Assembly: GCA_964016885.1 (NCBI GenBank)
Contig: OZ024740.1
Span: forward strand, 259,160,001-259,224,000
Source of the DNA: Eledone cirrhosa
Lineage: Eukaryota
Reading direction: 5' to 3'
DNA length: 64,000 nucleotides
Each line of letters starts with the position of its first letter. Position 1 is the stretch's first letter. A model generated the notes under the pieces. It saw only the letters and a list, made by a program, of their open reading frames with translations. It had not been told where the DNA came from and ran no database searches. The translations under genes were made by a program, and so were the position numbers. Of the stretch, positions 12,401 through 24,600 are shown one piece after another.

Positions 12401-12866
12401 ATGCCCCTGCATAGTCCCAACGTGCATCCAGGATACCATTCCAATCCCCCACTAAAAGCAGGGAACGGGACGTCCCTAGAAAAGACTCCAGACGCTGGAA
12501 AAAGTCGGGCCGCTCTGTCCCAAAAGGGGCATATGCGGCTATCAGCCTAAAGGCTCTACCTTCACCACTGCCAAGGTCCAGCACCACCAGTCGACCCCCT
12601 GGGTCCAAGTGAACTATCTGTGTTGCAAGGCCCATATGTTTTTGCAGCAGAACGACAACCCCACCCCCACCTCCGGGCTGACAGAGAGATGCGTGCATCT
12701 CAAAGTCGTCAAAGGTGGGGGCTAGCTGTCGCATGCTGCTGATCCGGGCCTCGCAGATAACCATCACATTTATAGATTGTGACCTGAGGTCATTTAGAAG
12801 CATTGCTTGCTTCCAAGACGAGCCCAGGCCACGCGCATTTAGACACCCTACTCTTAGCACAGCCAT
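9429..12866 (-). CDS. Tx1/L1 ORF2: AP endonuclease + reverse transcriptase + C-terminal zinc finger, intact
   Basis: Motifs LNARG, GDWN, YLDRF, SDH, KSPGLDG, FRPITLLN, DQSKAFDRV, RQGCPLS, AYADD and CPRC..ETVAHALVHC. ATG at 12866. Confidence 0.93.
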   Translation of the reverse strand: MAVLRVGCLNARGLGSSWKQAMLLNDLRSQSINVMVICEARISSMRQLAPTFDDFEMHASLCQPGGGGGVVVLLQKHMGLATQIVHLDPGGRLVVLDLGSGEGRAFRLIAAYAPFGTERPDFFQRLESFLGTSRSLLLVGDWNGILDARWDYAGACPDREGCNSLKGLLGRFDLADRFRLDFPTVPTWSWSNRSGSSRSYLDRFLVRNKDRDFLSCPEMLMVGYSDHKLVTCMVNLDRTHRQGPGYWKLNLSLPASRAYRNRISTLVKERLTGAIVNSRWWVSLKREIRVVSIEFSKVLAADRNRKERELIDRVEEAIRSGDVARVLASRTALSQFFDAKHEGCVVRSKIRALGNEGAKAVSWARVTEANSGTKSTIRSLRDLDGRAILEPKQMCEAFQRHFARLFGRGGEPVGNVDFGPYLDGLPRLSDREAKSCEEPISAAEIEDVLGQCGKRKSPGLDGLPYELYLAMPDLFPDLLEAVYCNWQQNGRIPCTVTKGVVTLVRKDENKGDEISNFRPITLLNTELQILAKVLAKRLALVVGNLVGDAQTCAIPSRSIHDNLHLMRYIIERVGNEPGFGGALINLDQSKAFDRVDHGYLDAVLAAAGFGPVFRGWITAMHSSRICSRVKVNGYLSEPFKIARSIRQGCPLSSLLYVLTLEPLLRKLELLQGIPLEPGLRKAVSAYADDVTVMVSTASEIEAVGTLLEEYEKFTGAKLNRDKSIGLQLGTWRGRPMPSDGVVGRWTEGPVKLLGVWFGPDLQVEKNWAEVTNRVFALTQKWASCKLSLKGRAEVANTYIASVIYYRLTVVPCPRETLTKMERALFQFLWKGRAPMVRRSICCQHPSKGGLGMPWLMMRKHALRLRHLYIFLTGQPVWASFVRRTFPRLVSLTELQSWVKQRPRKLGAWHTECAQALTALWQADPVISGDSTATFYRGLVRSRCDDALGEALDMEEDELASLFGRTFSPGPMDNFQKSLAWQCYRGALPVRERLYRHGRPGRDPAKKICPRCVCDEETVAHALVHCSGVADLWGYVEQLLSRVGPIRLTTESIVMIKPPPPFKDEAEAVFLCVIAMAKEVVWWTRLKGLRSGTFLSGQQLVRFFRYHFGRRIRMEREVLHPSRFYERWVKVARMARVNGPSLYISL

Positions 12867-12890
12867 GTTGGTGGTAAAGAGAAAAGGCAC

Positions 12891-14534
12891 TTACCTCTCT
12901 GCGTCCCGGGAAACGGGCCGCTCAATTTCCATGCTGGTTGGGGATGGGTTGTTGGGTGGGGTTGTGGTTTGTGGAAGTGAAGGGGCATCGGTGTGTTGTG
13001 GGGTTGGGGTGTTTGTCGTTGAGTGGGTGTCTGGGTGAGGTGGGGGGGTGAAATTTTTTAGGAGGACGCGGTTGATTGGTTTGGCGCAGGGGGGGCCCAC
13101 GTCCTCCGTGAAATTTATTTTCAGTGTTTTGTACAAGTGCATTGGGACTTTTATCATTTTCAAATGAGGTAGTCCCACAGCAGTTATAAAGTTTGGCCCT
13201 TCGGTTTGGACCGAAGGGTTTGCTGAAATTGTTTTCCGTAATTCTTTGTTGTCTGTGTTCATGTATGTGTATTGTAATGTCTTTTTTTTGTGTAGCAGTT
13301 AGTGTTGTGTGACAGGGAGGGGTGGTTTGTGTGTAGTTTGTGTTCTCTTGGGGGGGATTAAAGTTAACATGTGTGTCTGTGGTGAGTCTCCTCTTCTTTC
13401 TTTTTACTTGTTGGAAGGGATCTTTTTCGTCTTGCGACGAAAGAGGTTCGTCTTCCTTGTTGGGTGGGAGGGGTATGTTTTCTGGTAGTGTTTGCGGTGT
13501 GCGTGTTTTTGTATTTGTTTTGGGTGGGGAGGGATTGGGTGGGACAGTATTTTGTGTTATTTTTTCACGTGTTTGTTGTTGTTGTTGTTGTTGTGGTGGT
13601 GGTGGGGTTGTTGGTTTTTGTTGTTGTTGCGGTTGTTTTTGTTGTTGTAGTTGGGGTGGTGTTGGTGTTGGTAGCAGTGTTTTTTTCTGTGTGAGCTGGG
13701 GACAGGCAGCCCTCAGGTGACCTCTATTGCCACAGAGGTAACAGGAGGGACGCCTACCCTCCACAATAATGTTGAGGTGGGTACGGTCATCCAGCATGAC
13801 GCGCTCAGGGATTTGGGCGATGCGTTCTGGCCTTATTTGGGTCAGAACTTCGAGGCTCGTTCCACTGAACGCGTCGCCGGATGCCTTCCCTATTGAGATG
13901 AGGTTGTCCTCGTCTAAATTGAGGAAACCGGTTAGTAACCACCAGTAGTTTATGTTTGGGGTGATGGTGGTTATCCATATCCTCTGGGTTTTTTTACCCA
14001 TGTAGGTGGGGAAGAAGGTGTAGTGTGTGGACCGAATTGGCGACACAGAGTATTTTTTTGCCGCCAATTCGTCTTTCATCAATATGGATAAACTCCCATA
14101 GAGTTTATCCTTTTGTATGAAAGTGATGTCTCTCATCGCGTCTTTCAAGACTAACTGGATTTCCGCTTGAGATGGTTGCGCTGGTTTCTTTGTTTTATTT
14201 AAAATTGTTCGGAATACGACAGTTCGTAATTCCGTCTGTCTTTTTAGCTCCGGAGGTGAATGTATAGAAAACGAACCGTTTTCGCCAAAAGACACATATT
14301 TCTTGGCTTTTTCCAGCATTTCTTTTGCTTTTGAAATATCTTCCAGCACATAAGCGACTGATAATTTAGCCGTTTGTGCAAAAGATATTTTGTTTTCGTT
14401 TTGGATATTAGTATTGTTTTGTTTCTCGTCGTTTGAGTTGTTTTCATCTTTGTTGTTGTTGTTGTCTTTCTCGTTTCGTGTGTGGATACTTGTGACGTTT
14501 GTGCTGTTGTTGTTTTTGTTGTCTTTATTGTTGC

Positions 14535-14565
<31 letters not shown>

Positions 14566-14742
14566 GCTTTCAAATTCTTGTGTAGTTGTGGCTACATCTA
14601 GTGGTCGGTCAACAGGTGAAGACAATTCTTCCTCTCTCTGACCTCTGTCTTTGGCATCTGCTGCTGTGACAGTGGCAGGGGGAAGCTGTGAGTATGACTT
14701 CCCCTTTCCTTCTTTGATTGATGGTGAGGATGCTTCGGCCAT
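12891..14742 (-). CDS. Tx1 ORF1 (gag-like, CCHC knuckle) with a probable +1 frameshift in the A8 run at 13282-13289
   Basis: Contains CYLCGNRGHLRAAC. The 12891-13262 frame, not the annotated ORF1 frame, is the one conserved with the second Tx1 copy. Confidence 0.8.
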
Positions 14743-15431
14743 TTTTCTCAAAATAGGGTTTTTCGAAGTTTTTCGAAAGATAAAATGTTCACAATACTAT
14801 TTCGCCCAAAGGCGCAGAATATTTTGAGAGACCGACCAGATCAAAATTTGACCTGGCAGTCCCTCTACAAAATGGTACAAAAATGAAAGTTTACAGTTTA
14901 CAATTTCCGTATGAATTTAAACAAAAACTTACCGAGCGAGCTCAGCACATGTGTCCATAGATAGTTTGATTGATTGATTGATCGATTGATTGATTGACAG
15001 ACAGACAGACAGACAGACAGATACATAAAGAGAGAGAGAGAGAGAAAGATAGAGAGAGATAAAAACGTTGATATACCTCAGATACTTGCTGTTAACACAC
15101 AAGATATAAAGAAATAATTGATTAAAAAACTGAAATAATGGAGGTTTAAATTAGAGCATCATCCTTGTTATTAATTATATAGAAATCTGTTCCCTATTTC
15201 TCCACACACACACCATACGCGCCACACACGCACAACACATACCACACACAGTCGCCAAAAGCGTGGGCTCTCGTGCAATATGTCAACCATTAGATTCAAT
15301 CAGTACCTTAAAATCACAGATGATAGGGTGAGGAAAATGATACCTTTGTTATTCCAATATAATTTTAGCTATTAATACAATCTACATATGTACTGAATTG
15401 TTTTTAATGATTTGGTGCGCGTCTTACGGCC

Positions 15432-15900
<469 letters not shown>

Positions 15901-16418
15901 ATATGTTTGCATGTATGTGTTTGTGTCCTGCACATGCAGTCGACAGCAGTTGACATGGAACTCTACAATTACTTCGAATAAAGCATGTGTACTCCAAACA
16001 CCTTCAGTTATTTACCTCCCATGTGGTTGCCACGCCTACTCCATTAAAACTGACGGTACCGAGGAAAGGAGTGGAGAAAGAGGTGAGAGAGAGAGGTGGG
16101 AGATAGGAGGGGGGAGGGGGATGAGGGAGAGATAGAGGCGAGAGGGGGTGATGGGGGGAAGGGGTGAGAGAGAGAGAGAGAGGGGGGAGAAAGGGGGAGG
16201 AACAGGAGAGAGAAAGAGGAAATGGGTAGGGAGAGAAAAGGGGTGGGAGAGAGAGAGAGGAGAGAGATTGGGAGGAGAGAGAGAGGTGTGGAGGACAATT
16301 GCGGGTGGATGACAACCGACCCAAATAATTGGACACTTAGGGTGTTGTTTACAAAACAAACGCCGCAACGAAAACATTGCAGCAGCAACAATAACAGCAA
16401 CACCAGCATCAACAGCAG

Positions 16419-16449
<31 letters not shown>

Positions 16450-16624
16450 AACCATAATAACAATAGCAACAGCAACAACAACAAAAACAACAGCAAAAAC
16501 AATAGCAGCAATAACGACAACATCAACAGCAGCAGCAACAATAACAGTAATAACAATAGCAACAGCAACAACAACAGAGGCAACAATAACAATAGCTTCA
16601 ACAGCAGCAAGAGCAGCAGCATCA

Positions 16625-18382
16625 ACAACAAAAACATCAACAACAACAACACCAGCAGCAAGGTCAGCAACCGTAATTCTAACAACAACAAAAATATCAA
16701 CAACAACAACAACACCAGCAGCAAGGTCAGCAACCGTAATTCTAACAACAACAAAAACATCAACAACAACAACAACACCAGCAGCAAGGTCAGCAACCGT
16801 AATTCTAGCCACGACAAAAACATCAACAACAACAACAACACCAGGAGCAAGGTCAGCAACCGTAATTCTAGCCACGACAAAAACATCAACAACAACAACA
16901 ACACCAGCAGCAAGGTCAGCAACCGTAATTCTAGCCACGACAAAAACATCAACAACAACAACAACACCAGCAGCAAGGTCAGCAACAGTAATTCTAACAA
17001 CAACAAAAATATCAACAACAACAACAACACCAGCAGCAAGGTCAGCAACCGTAATTCTAACAACAACAAAAACATCAACAACAACAACAACACCAGCAGC
17101 AAGGTCAGCAACCGTAATTCTAACAACAAAAACATCAACAACAACAACAACACCAGCAGCAAGGTCAGCAACCGTAATTCTAACAACATGAAAACATCAA
17201 CAACAACAACAACACCAGCAGCAAGGTCAGCAACCGTAATTCTAACAACAACAAAAACATCAACAACAACAACAACACCAGCAGCAAGGTCAGCGACCGT
17301 AATTCTAACAACAAAAACATCAACAACAACAACAACACCAGCAGCAAGGTCAGCAACAGTAATTCTAACAACAACAAAAATATCAACAACAACAACAACA
17401 CCAGCAGCAAGGTCAGCAACCGTAATTCTAACAACATGAAAAACATCAACAACAACAACAACACCAGCAGCAAGGTCAGCAACAGTAATTCTAACAACAT
17501 GAAAAACATCAACAACAACAACAACACCAGCAGCAAGGTCAGCAACAGTAATTCTAACAACATGAAAAACATCAACAACAACACCAGCAGCAAGGTCAGC
17601 AACCGTAATTCTAACAACATGAAAAACATCAACAACAACAACAACACCAGCAGCAAGGTCAGCAACCGTAATTCTAACAACATGAAAAACATCAACAACA
17701 ACAACAACACCAGCAGCAAGGTCAGCAACCGTAATTCTAACAACAACAAAAATATCAACAACAACAACAACACCAGCAGCAAGGTCAGCAACAGTAATTC
17801 TAACAACATGAAAAACATCAACAACAACAACAACACCAGCAGCAAGGTCAGCAACCGTAATTCTAACAACATGAAAAACATCAACAACAACAACAACACC
17901 AGCAGCAAGGTCAGCAACCGTAATTCTAACAACAACAAAAACATCAACAACAACAACACCAGCAGCAAGGTCAGCAACCGTAATTCTAACAACTAAAAAA
18001 ATATCAACAACAACAACACCAGCAGCAAGGTCAGCAACCGTAATTCTAACAACTAAAAAAACATCAACAACAACAACAACACCAGCAGCAAGGTCAGCAA
18101 CCGTAATTCTAACAACAACAAAAATATCAACAACAACAACACCAGCAGCAAGGTCAGCAACCGTAATTCTAACAACAACAAAAATATCAACAACAACAAC
18201 ACCAGCAGCAAGGTCAGCAACCGTAATTCTAACAACAACAAAAATATCAACAACAACAACACCAGCAGCAAGGTCAGCAACCGTAATTCTAGCCACAACA
18301 AAAATATCAACAACAACAACAACACCAGCAGCAAGGTCAGCAACCGTAATTCTCACAACATGAAAAACATCAACAACAACAA
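16625..18382. repeat. ~57-61-bp minisatellite (about 28 units) embedded in (AAC)n-rich DNA
   Basis: Unit ..aacatcaacaacaacaacaacaccagcagcaaggtcagcaaccgtaattct.. Confidence 0.95.
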
Positions 18383-18397
18383 TAGCTCGCAATCACA

Positions 18398-18490
18398 ACT
18401 AGCAGAATCGGTAGTTACGTCCCTTTACATTCTAAGTTAAAACTCCTGATGAGGTTAGCTTTGCCTATCATCTTTTCGAGTCGATAAATG
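18398..18490 (+). mobile_element. Degenerate SINE fragment
   Basis: agcagaatcggtag...ttctaagttaaaa...ctttgcctatcatcttttcgagtcgataaa resembles the SINE at 63421. Confidence 0.6.
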
Positions 18491-18547
18491 ATAATGAACA
18501 CATAGCCGGCTGGTATGAAGCAAATCCGGCCCTGGTCGTCTGCTCTT

Positions 18548-18660
18548 TTGTTTATCAACCCCGAAAGGATGAAAATCAAAGTTGGCCATTGGCAGGATTT
18601 GAACTCTGAGCACAGAAACCCGGTACAAATACCAAGGTATTTAATCTGACGCTTTACCGA
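18548..18660 (-). mobile_element. Degenerate SINE fragment, facing the previous one
   Basis: tttatcaaccccgaaaggatgaaa...ggatttgaactc resembles 3562-3750. Confidence 0.7.
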
Positions 18661-19756
18661 TTAACCTCTTGCATAGAATATATACGCGTTCGTTAATTGT
18701 TCGTCTGATTAATATTTTCGAACGTCTGTCAAAAGTAATATCTCATTTGTATCACTACAATTCCGCTATTCTACTATACCATAAGACTAACTTCAGAAAT
18801 GTGCTAACGAAGGAGCCCTAATATGGTCACTCGACCTGCTAGAAATAGCAGCCTTACCACCCTTACATTACTCACTATTGTTTAAACAAAAAAGGAATAA
18901 TACATTAGATGATTTACTCCTACATACACTGTATCTAAAAGGAAAAAGAAAACAGATGAGGTTGGAAGTCTGGAACGCTTTAATAGCGGTTAGGGCTGAG
19001 CTGAGGCTAAACATCATCAACAACAACAAAAACATTAACAAAACATCGATAACAATAGCAACGGCTGAAGCAGCAGCAGCAGCAGCGACAACAATATAAT
19101 ATCAACAACAGCAACATCAACATCAACAACAACAGCAACAACAGTAGCAACAACAAAAACAAAAACATCAACATAACATCAATACTAACAATAACAGCAG
19201 CGACAACAAACGGCAACAACAGGAGCAACAACAACTGCTACAAAATCAACATAAGATCAGCAATAGAAACAACATCAATACCATCAACAACAGCAACCAC
19301 AACAGCATCAACAACAACAACAGCATCAACAACAACAACATCAACAACAACAAAACAACCATTAACAATAAATACATTAATGGGCAACAATGAGAAACAA
19401 TGTGGCGAAGTGAAGTACAACAATAAGATCCCCCAGTTGAAATACTGTGAATATTGTTCTTATTTAGAGAGGAAGTCACAAGATACATATCAGGGAATAT
19501 TCAGATAAAAATCAGAAAATTACCAGACTTAAAATTCAGTAGAAAAATAAGAGGAAAAAAACGAAAAAAAATAGAAACAAAATGTTTCTTAAACAGATTT
19601 CAGTGACCAACAAAGAGCCGAGGGACATAAGTGTACGTCCTGTTGTGAAAGTCTGTCAGTAAGAAGATTTCTAGTAGATATCTCCCACATCTGGTCTAAG
19701 AAGCGGGTTATATTAAATAATAAGAAAATATGAAGGACAAATATGTTGTATAAGAC

Positions 19757-19970
19757 CAAACCAATCCAATCCAGGACCTTCACATTCCTGTTGGAGGAAT
19801 CCCTCCTCCCTGGTTGACCTCGACCACTTTATGTTTGGTTTTGGTGACGTCTTCAGGGGTGTAGCCGTACTCACCACACTTAGCCAATTGCGAGTTGGGT
19901 GGGAGGTGGCTATTTAACCCATAGTTGAGGTGGAAGGCCGTTGACTCTGGGGAGTTAATCCGCCCTTTTT
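19757..19970 (-). mobile_element. Short non-autonomous retroelement with (ATTGG)n tail, possibly bipartite RTE-derived
   Basis: Tail ggagggattcctccaacaggaatg-gaaggtc plus ATTGG repeats is shared with ~37338-37400. ggtRgYtatttaacccata is shared with the RTE 5' UTR at 24815-24833. Confidence 0.5.
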
Positions 19971-20456
19971 AAACCAGGACTTCTAAAACAGTTTACTTGG
20001 TGCACCGCTTGTAACATAAATTATTTTATTCATTTCCAAAACAAATTAATCTAATATAAAATTACAAAAGTTAACTAACTTATCAATGTTTAATTTAATT
20101 TACATGTAAACAGAATCAGTAAACTGTAAATGTAAACACCAATGTATTGTTAGAAATAGTTTTTAATGGAAAGAAAGGGTTTGCTAGGTATGGAGAAGAA
20201 CATAAATATTAGGTTGTAGGTTGGTGATTTTGAGCAACACACCAGTGTTCTATTTTCAAGGGCTTTTTTGTAAATGAAAAAAATCAGTCAACTATAACAC
20301 ACAATGGTTGAATTATTTCCTAATGGGAAGGTTGGGTTTGGTAGATATGGAGATGATGAGTATTAGGTTGTAGGTTGGTGAGTTTAAGCCGCCAAACACA
20401 TAGTCTATATTTAAGGTGCTTTTTTGTTTGCTTAGTAAATAATGCACGATGAACAC

Positions 20457-20494
<38 letters not shown>

Positions 20495-21627
20495 GGAGGA
20501 GGAGGAGGAGGAGGAGGAGGAGGAGGAGGAGGAGGAGGAGGAGAAAGATGATGATGATGATTATGATAGGGAGGAGGAGAAGAAGGGGGAGGTTGTATTC
20601 TTTATATTCCATTATAACATAGAAAGGATGTCATTTTGTAAAAATATAGATTATATGGAAATATTAACTTTATTGGAAAATTGATTTTATGGAAATATCG
20701 ATTAAATTGAGGCTGGTGAGAGGGTGAAGTTATAAATAAAATATAATGAAATGGACCCACAAAGGAGAGTGGGGAGAAGGATTGATCCCAACTTAAGGTC
20801 AGTGGTTCCCTCCTCTCACCCTGTAACTTGAAAGAGGATGAAGGAAGTGATTGAGCGACCGGCTGGAAATACCATTAAATTTCCGTCGAATCACACCTAG
20901 TATTCTTCGAACAAAATAAAAAGAACGTATTAGATAATATTGTTGCTATTAAGATGGTGTGATCTCGATAGGAAAGCCTAAAAAGTTATAACTGCACTTG
21001 TTGTGGGAGATCTCCTCTACCAGAAAGCTCAGACACCGGAATACCATAACAAGAGACACTAGAATTGACAATAAAGACCTATAAACCTTCATGGGAAACT
21101 GATACTGTTGTCGTGAAGTTGTGCTTGCTGTCTCGTCTAAGAGACACTGGAATTGACAAGGAAGATCTACAAACCTTGATGGGAAACCGAGACTGTTGGG
21201 ATGAAGTTGTGTTTGCCTCGCCTAAGGGCGATAGATAAAAAAGATATAAATGTCTGCTCAATTAGGGCTGTATTGAGGGTATCTAAAATGGTGACAAATT
21301 ATGCAGTGAACTGAAGGGTAAAACTTATGTAAATTTCAGTGTCTTTGTATTAGTTTATTTACATTATCGACAAGAATCTACGCGTTTCTAAAATTTGGCA
21401 AATAGAAGGCAATGTAAGCGATTTCATCGAGTCTATTCAGAGAGACAAAACTGATCGATTTGAATCTCGATTCTAACTGCCGACAAACACGTTCTATTTC
21501 CAAAGTGAAACCAGACCTGCTTCTTTCCAGTTTTTTATATTTTAAATTTAAAAACGAAATTCTTTATATCATTTCGAATTTTGTTTATCGTGAACTCGTG
21601 CGCCGATTTTTCGATACTCGATTATTC

Positions 21628-21629
<2 letters not shown>

Positions 21630-21677
<48 letters not shown>

Positions 21678-24600
21678 CGGGTAAAATTCCCGAGATCCAC
21701 GGACGAGCTCTCTCCAGCGGTCTCTGTCCCTCATTATCGCTGCCATATCCTGCATCTCCAACAGACCAGTGTCTGTCCTTAGGGCATCAACATATGTTAA
21801 CCTTGGTCTTCCTCTTCTAGTGTGTCCATGTAGGGGCTCCCAAAGGAGCACTGAGTGCAATGTCAACTCTGGATGTCGGTGAGCATGTCCAGCCAACCTC
21901 AGTCTCCTCTGTGTCACTTTTGAGCTGACTTTTGGGATGCTCCCATACAGCTCTGAGTTTTTCATCCTCAGTGTATACTGATTAATGTTCAGAGCCATCC
22001 TCAGCATTCTCGTGTAGCACCCATCCACCATCTGAGTGAGTCTCTTGGTCAGTGTCCAAGTCTCAGACCCATACAGCAGCACAGACTCCACTACAGCAAT
22101 GAAGAGGCGGACTTTCAGGTCTCTACGAAGGTCCGACCTCCACACCGATCTCAAGCTGTGACACGCCGCCCAGGCCTTGCTCTTCCTCCCAACCACATCA
22201 TCTTCCGTATTCCCAATCTTTGCTCCCAAATACAGGAAGTCCTCAACCAATTCCAGCGGCTTCCCGCCTACATTAGTGATCCCCTCTGGCTTCTCAACAT
22301 TCTCCACCAGATATTTTGTTTTAGTCTCATTCATTCTCAGCCCCACACTCATCGACACAGTCTCAACCTCCCGCATCAAATCCTCTGCCTCCTTCACTGT
22401 ATTTGTCACCAAAACTATGTCGTCGGCAAATTCAGCATCCGATACCTTTTTCGCCCCAACTCTCCTGCTCTGAGCCGGTGCTACAGTAAAGCCAGTGTCC
22501 TGGTATTTCTCCAGTGCAAGGCGCATACAATAGTCCACTACGATGATACAAAGGTAGGGAGCCAATGTATCTCCCTGGAGCACTCCAGCCAGTATCTCAA
22601 AGAACTCTGTCATCCCATCAGGTGTAATGACTTGGGCTTTGGTGTTGGTGTAGAGCAGTGATATCAGGTCCACTATCCTCTTGGGGATTCCATAAGCCTG
22701 TAAGATCTTCATCAGGCAGTAACGGTCCACAGAATCAAAGGCCTTCCTAAAGTCAATGAAAACCATGACCGCAGGAAGGCACTTTGCTCTAGCTCCCTCT
22801 AATATCCTCCTCAGCATCAGGATGTGACTGGTGGTTGATCTACCCTCTCTGAAGCCGTTCTGGTTGTCCCTGAGCTTCTTCTCCATCTCAGGCTGGATCC
22901 TGTTAAGAATCATCCTGTTGAGGGTCTTTGCCACAAGTGACGTCAGTGAGATCCCCCGGTAGTTGTTGGTGTTAGAGAGATCTCCCTTCTTTGGCACTGG
23001 GACGATGTTACTGATCCTCCACTGATTCGGGGCAACTCCTTTCTCCAGTGCCCCGTTACAGAACCCCAGGATGATATCATCAAAATCACACCTCTTCATC
23101 ACCTCTGATGCCACTCCATCCTCTCCATGAGCCTTGCCCTCCTTGATCTTCTTCTTGGCTCTCTGAAGCTCCTCTCTGGTGAAGGGCTCTGTCTCAACAT
23201 CCAGTTCCCCAAACAGCCGCCTGATCTCCCCACTGCTCTGGGCTGTGGAGGGTGGCTCTCCTAGTAGGGTCCTAAAATGGTCTAGCCATTTCCTCTTCCT
23301 ATCCTCGGGCCCCGTTCCCTGGATCTGACTCGAACACCTTTTCTTCCTCCCTGTGATCTCGTTGATGATCATCCAGCTCTCCTTACATCCAGATCTGTCA
23401 ACCGCTCTCTCCACACTTCTGATCTTCTCTATCAGTGCCTCCTCTCTGACCTCAGTGTAAGCGGTACAGAGCTCTTCCCTCATCACCTCCACAGTCTCCA
23501 TCCTCTCCTCCGTAGGATCAGCATAGAATTGGTCCCTGGCAGCTTTCAGGTGTTCTCTGGCTGCACACACTTTTGGGTTTGCAGAGCTGACGTGCTTCCC
23601 TTTGTTCTCTTTCCTCGGCACCAGGGTTTCACTTGCTTTCGCCACTGCATTGGTGAAGTGCCCGTACCTCCTCGTCACACTCTCCTCAGTCCATCCAATC
23701 TCTCTCTCCTCTGACTCTCCACACAGAGCACTAAACCTGTTTCTCACTTCCACTGTGAACCTCTCCTGTAGCTTATCATCTTCCTTGAAAGCTCCCCAGT
23801 CATAGATTGTTCTCCGGGGCTGAGCCTTGCTCTTTCTTAAGCTCACGCGGACCTCACTCATAACAAGCCGGTGGTCACTACCCAGTGTACTGAAATAGCT
23901 GTATGGTTCCGTGTTCAGAACACTATTCCGCCACTTTTTCCTCACCAGAATGAAATCAATCTGGGACTTGGACAGGTGCATATCTGAGATGTAGGTCCAC
24001 ATCTTCCCCAGATTCTTCCTAAACCTTAGGTTGGTTGCCATCAAGTTCGCCTCCAGCAGGGTGTCTCTCAGTAGTCTTCCATTTCGGTTGGTGTTGTTAT
24101 GGAAGTACCAGCAAGGATCTTCACTGCCCTCCTTACTCAGATGTGCATTGAAGTCCCCCAAAACAAGCAGGATATTGTGTGCCTGAGTGGTGTTGACAGC
24201 CCCACACACCTCCTCATGGAACTCCTCGGCATTCACATCACTGTCCCCCTCGGTTGGACTATAGGCTGAGATGACTGTCAGTCTTGGGTTTCCATTGAAG
24301 GTCACCCTCAACACTCGCGGGGAGATAGGCATTATTTCCCTCACCAACAGATTGGTTTTTGCACTGAACACAAAACCCACTCCTCCTACTGCAGCATTTG
24401 TTGTGTTCTTCACTGCCGATGTAGTGATGAGCTGGCTCTTCCTCCCGATCATCACACTCCTCACGGGCTCATCGTGTAGAATCCTGTGTTCTTGGATCGC
24501 AAGTATCTGTATACCACTCTCCTCGAACAGATGTCCCAACTCCTCTCTCTTCTCCAGCGTCCGAATAGTCCTCACATTCAAAGTGCCCATTTTGATGGCT

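Larger units (their letters stand above)
9165..14956 (-). mobile_element. Apparently full-length Tx1/L1-group non-LTR retrotransposon
   Basis: ORF1 with a CCHC knuckle and ORF2 with APE-RT-zinc finger. The 3' end has AATAAA next to (TATC)n; the 5' flank is atagatag. Confidence 0.93.

Noticed and set aside
9746-14641. Plus-strand ORFs over the Tx1 element (likewise 22158-24699 over RTE)
   Set aside because: They are antisense shadows of retroelement ORFs with no motifs.
16625-18382. CRISPR-like periodicity
   Set aside because: There are no unique spacers and no cas genes, and the context is eukaryotic.
16036-18392. 782-aa, 405-aa and 300-aa repetitive ORFs
   Set aside because: They come from the minisatellite; frames shift between units and there is no splice or start context.
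20442-20684. Acidic D/E-rich ORF
   Set aside because: It is (GAT)n(GAG)n simple repeat.
21053-21200. ~88-bp diverged tandem repeat; also short direct repeats at 20207/20361 and 28301/28791
   Set aside because: They look like ordinary local duplications with no further structure.
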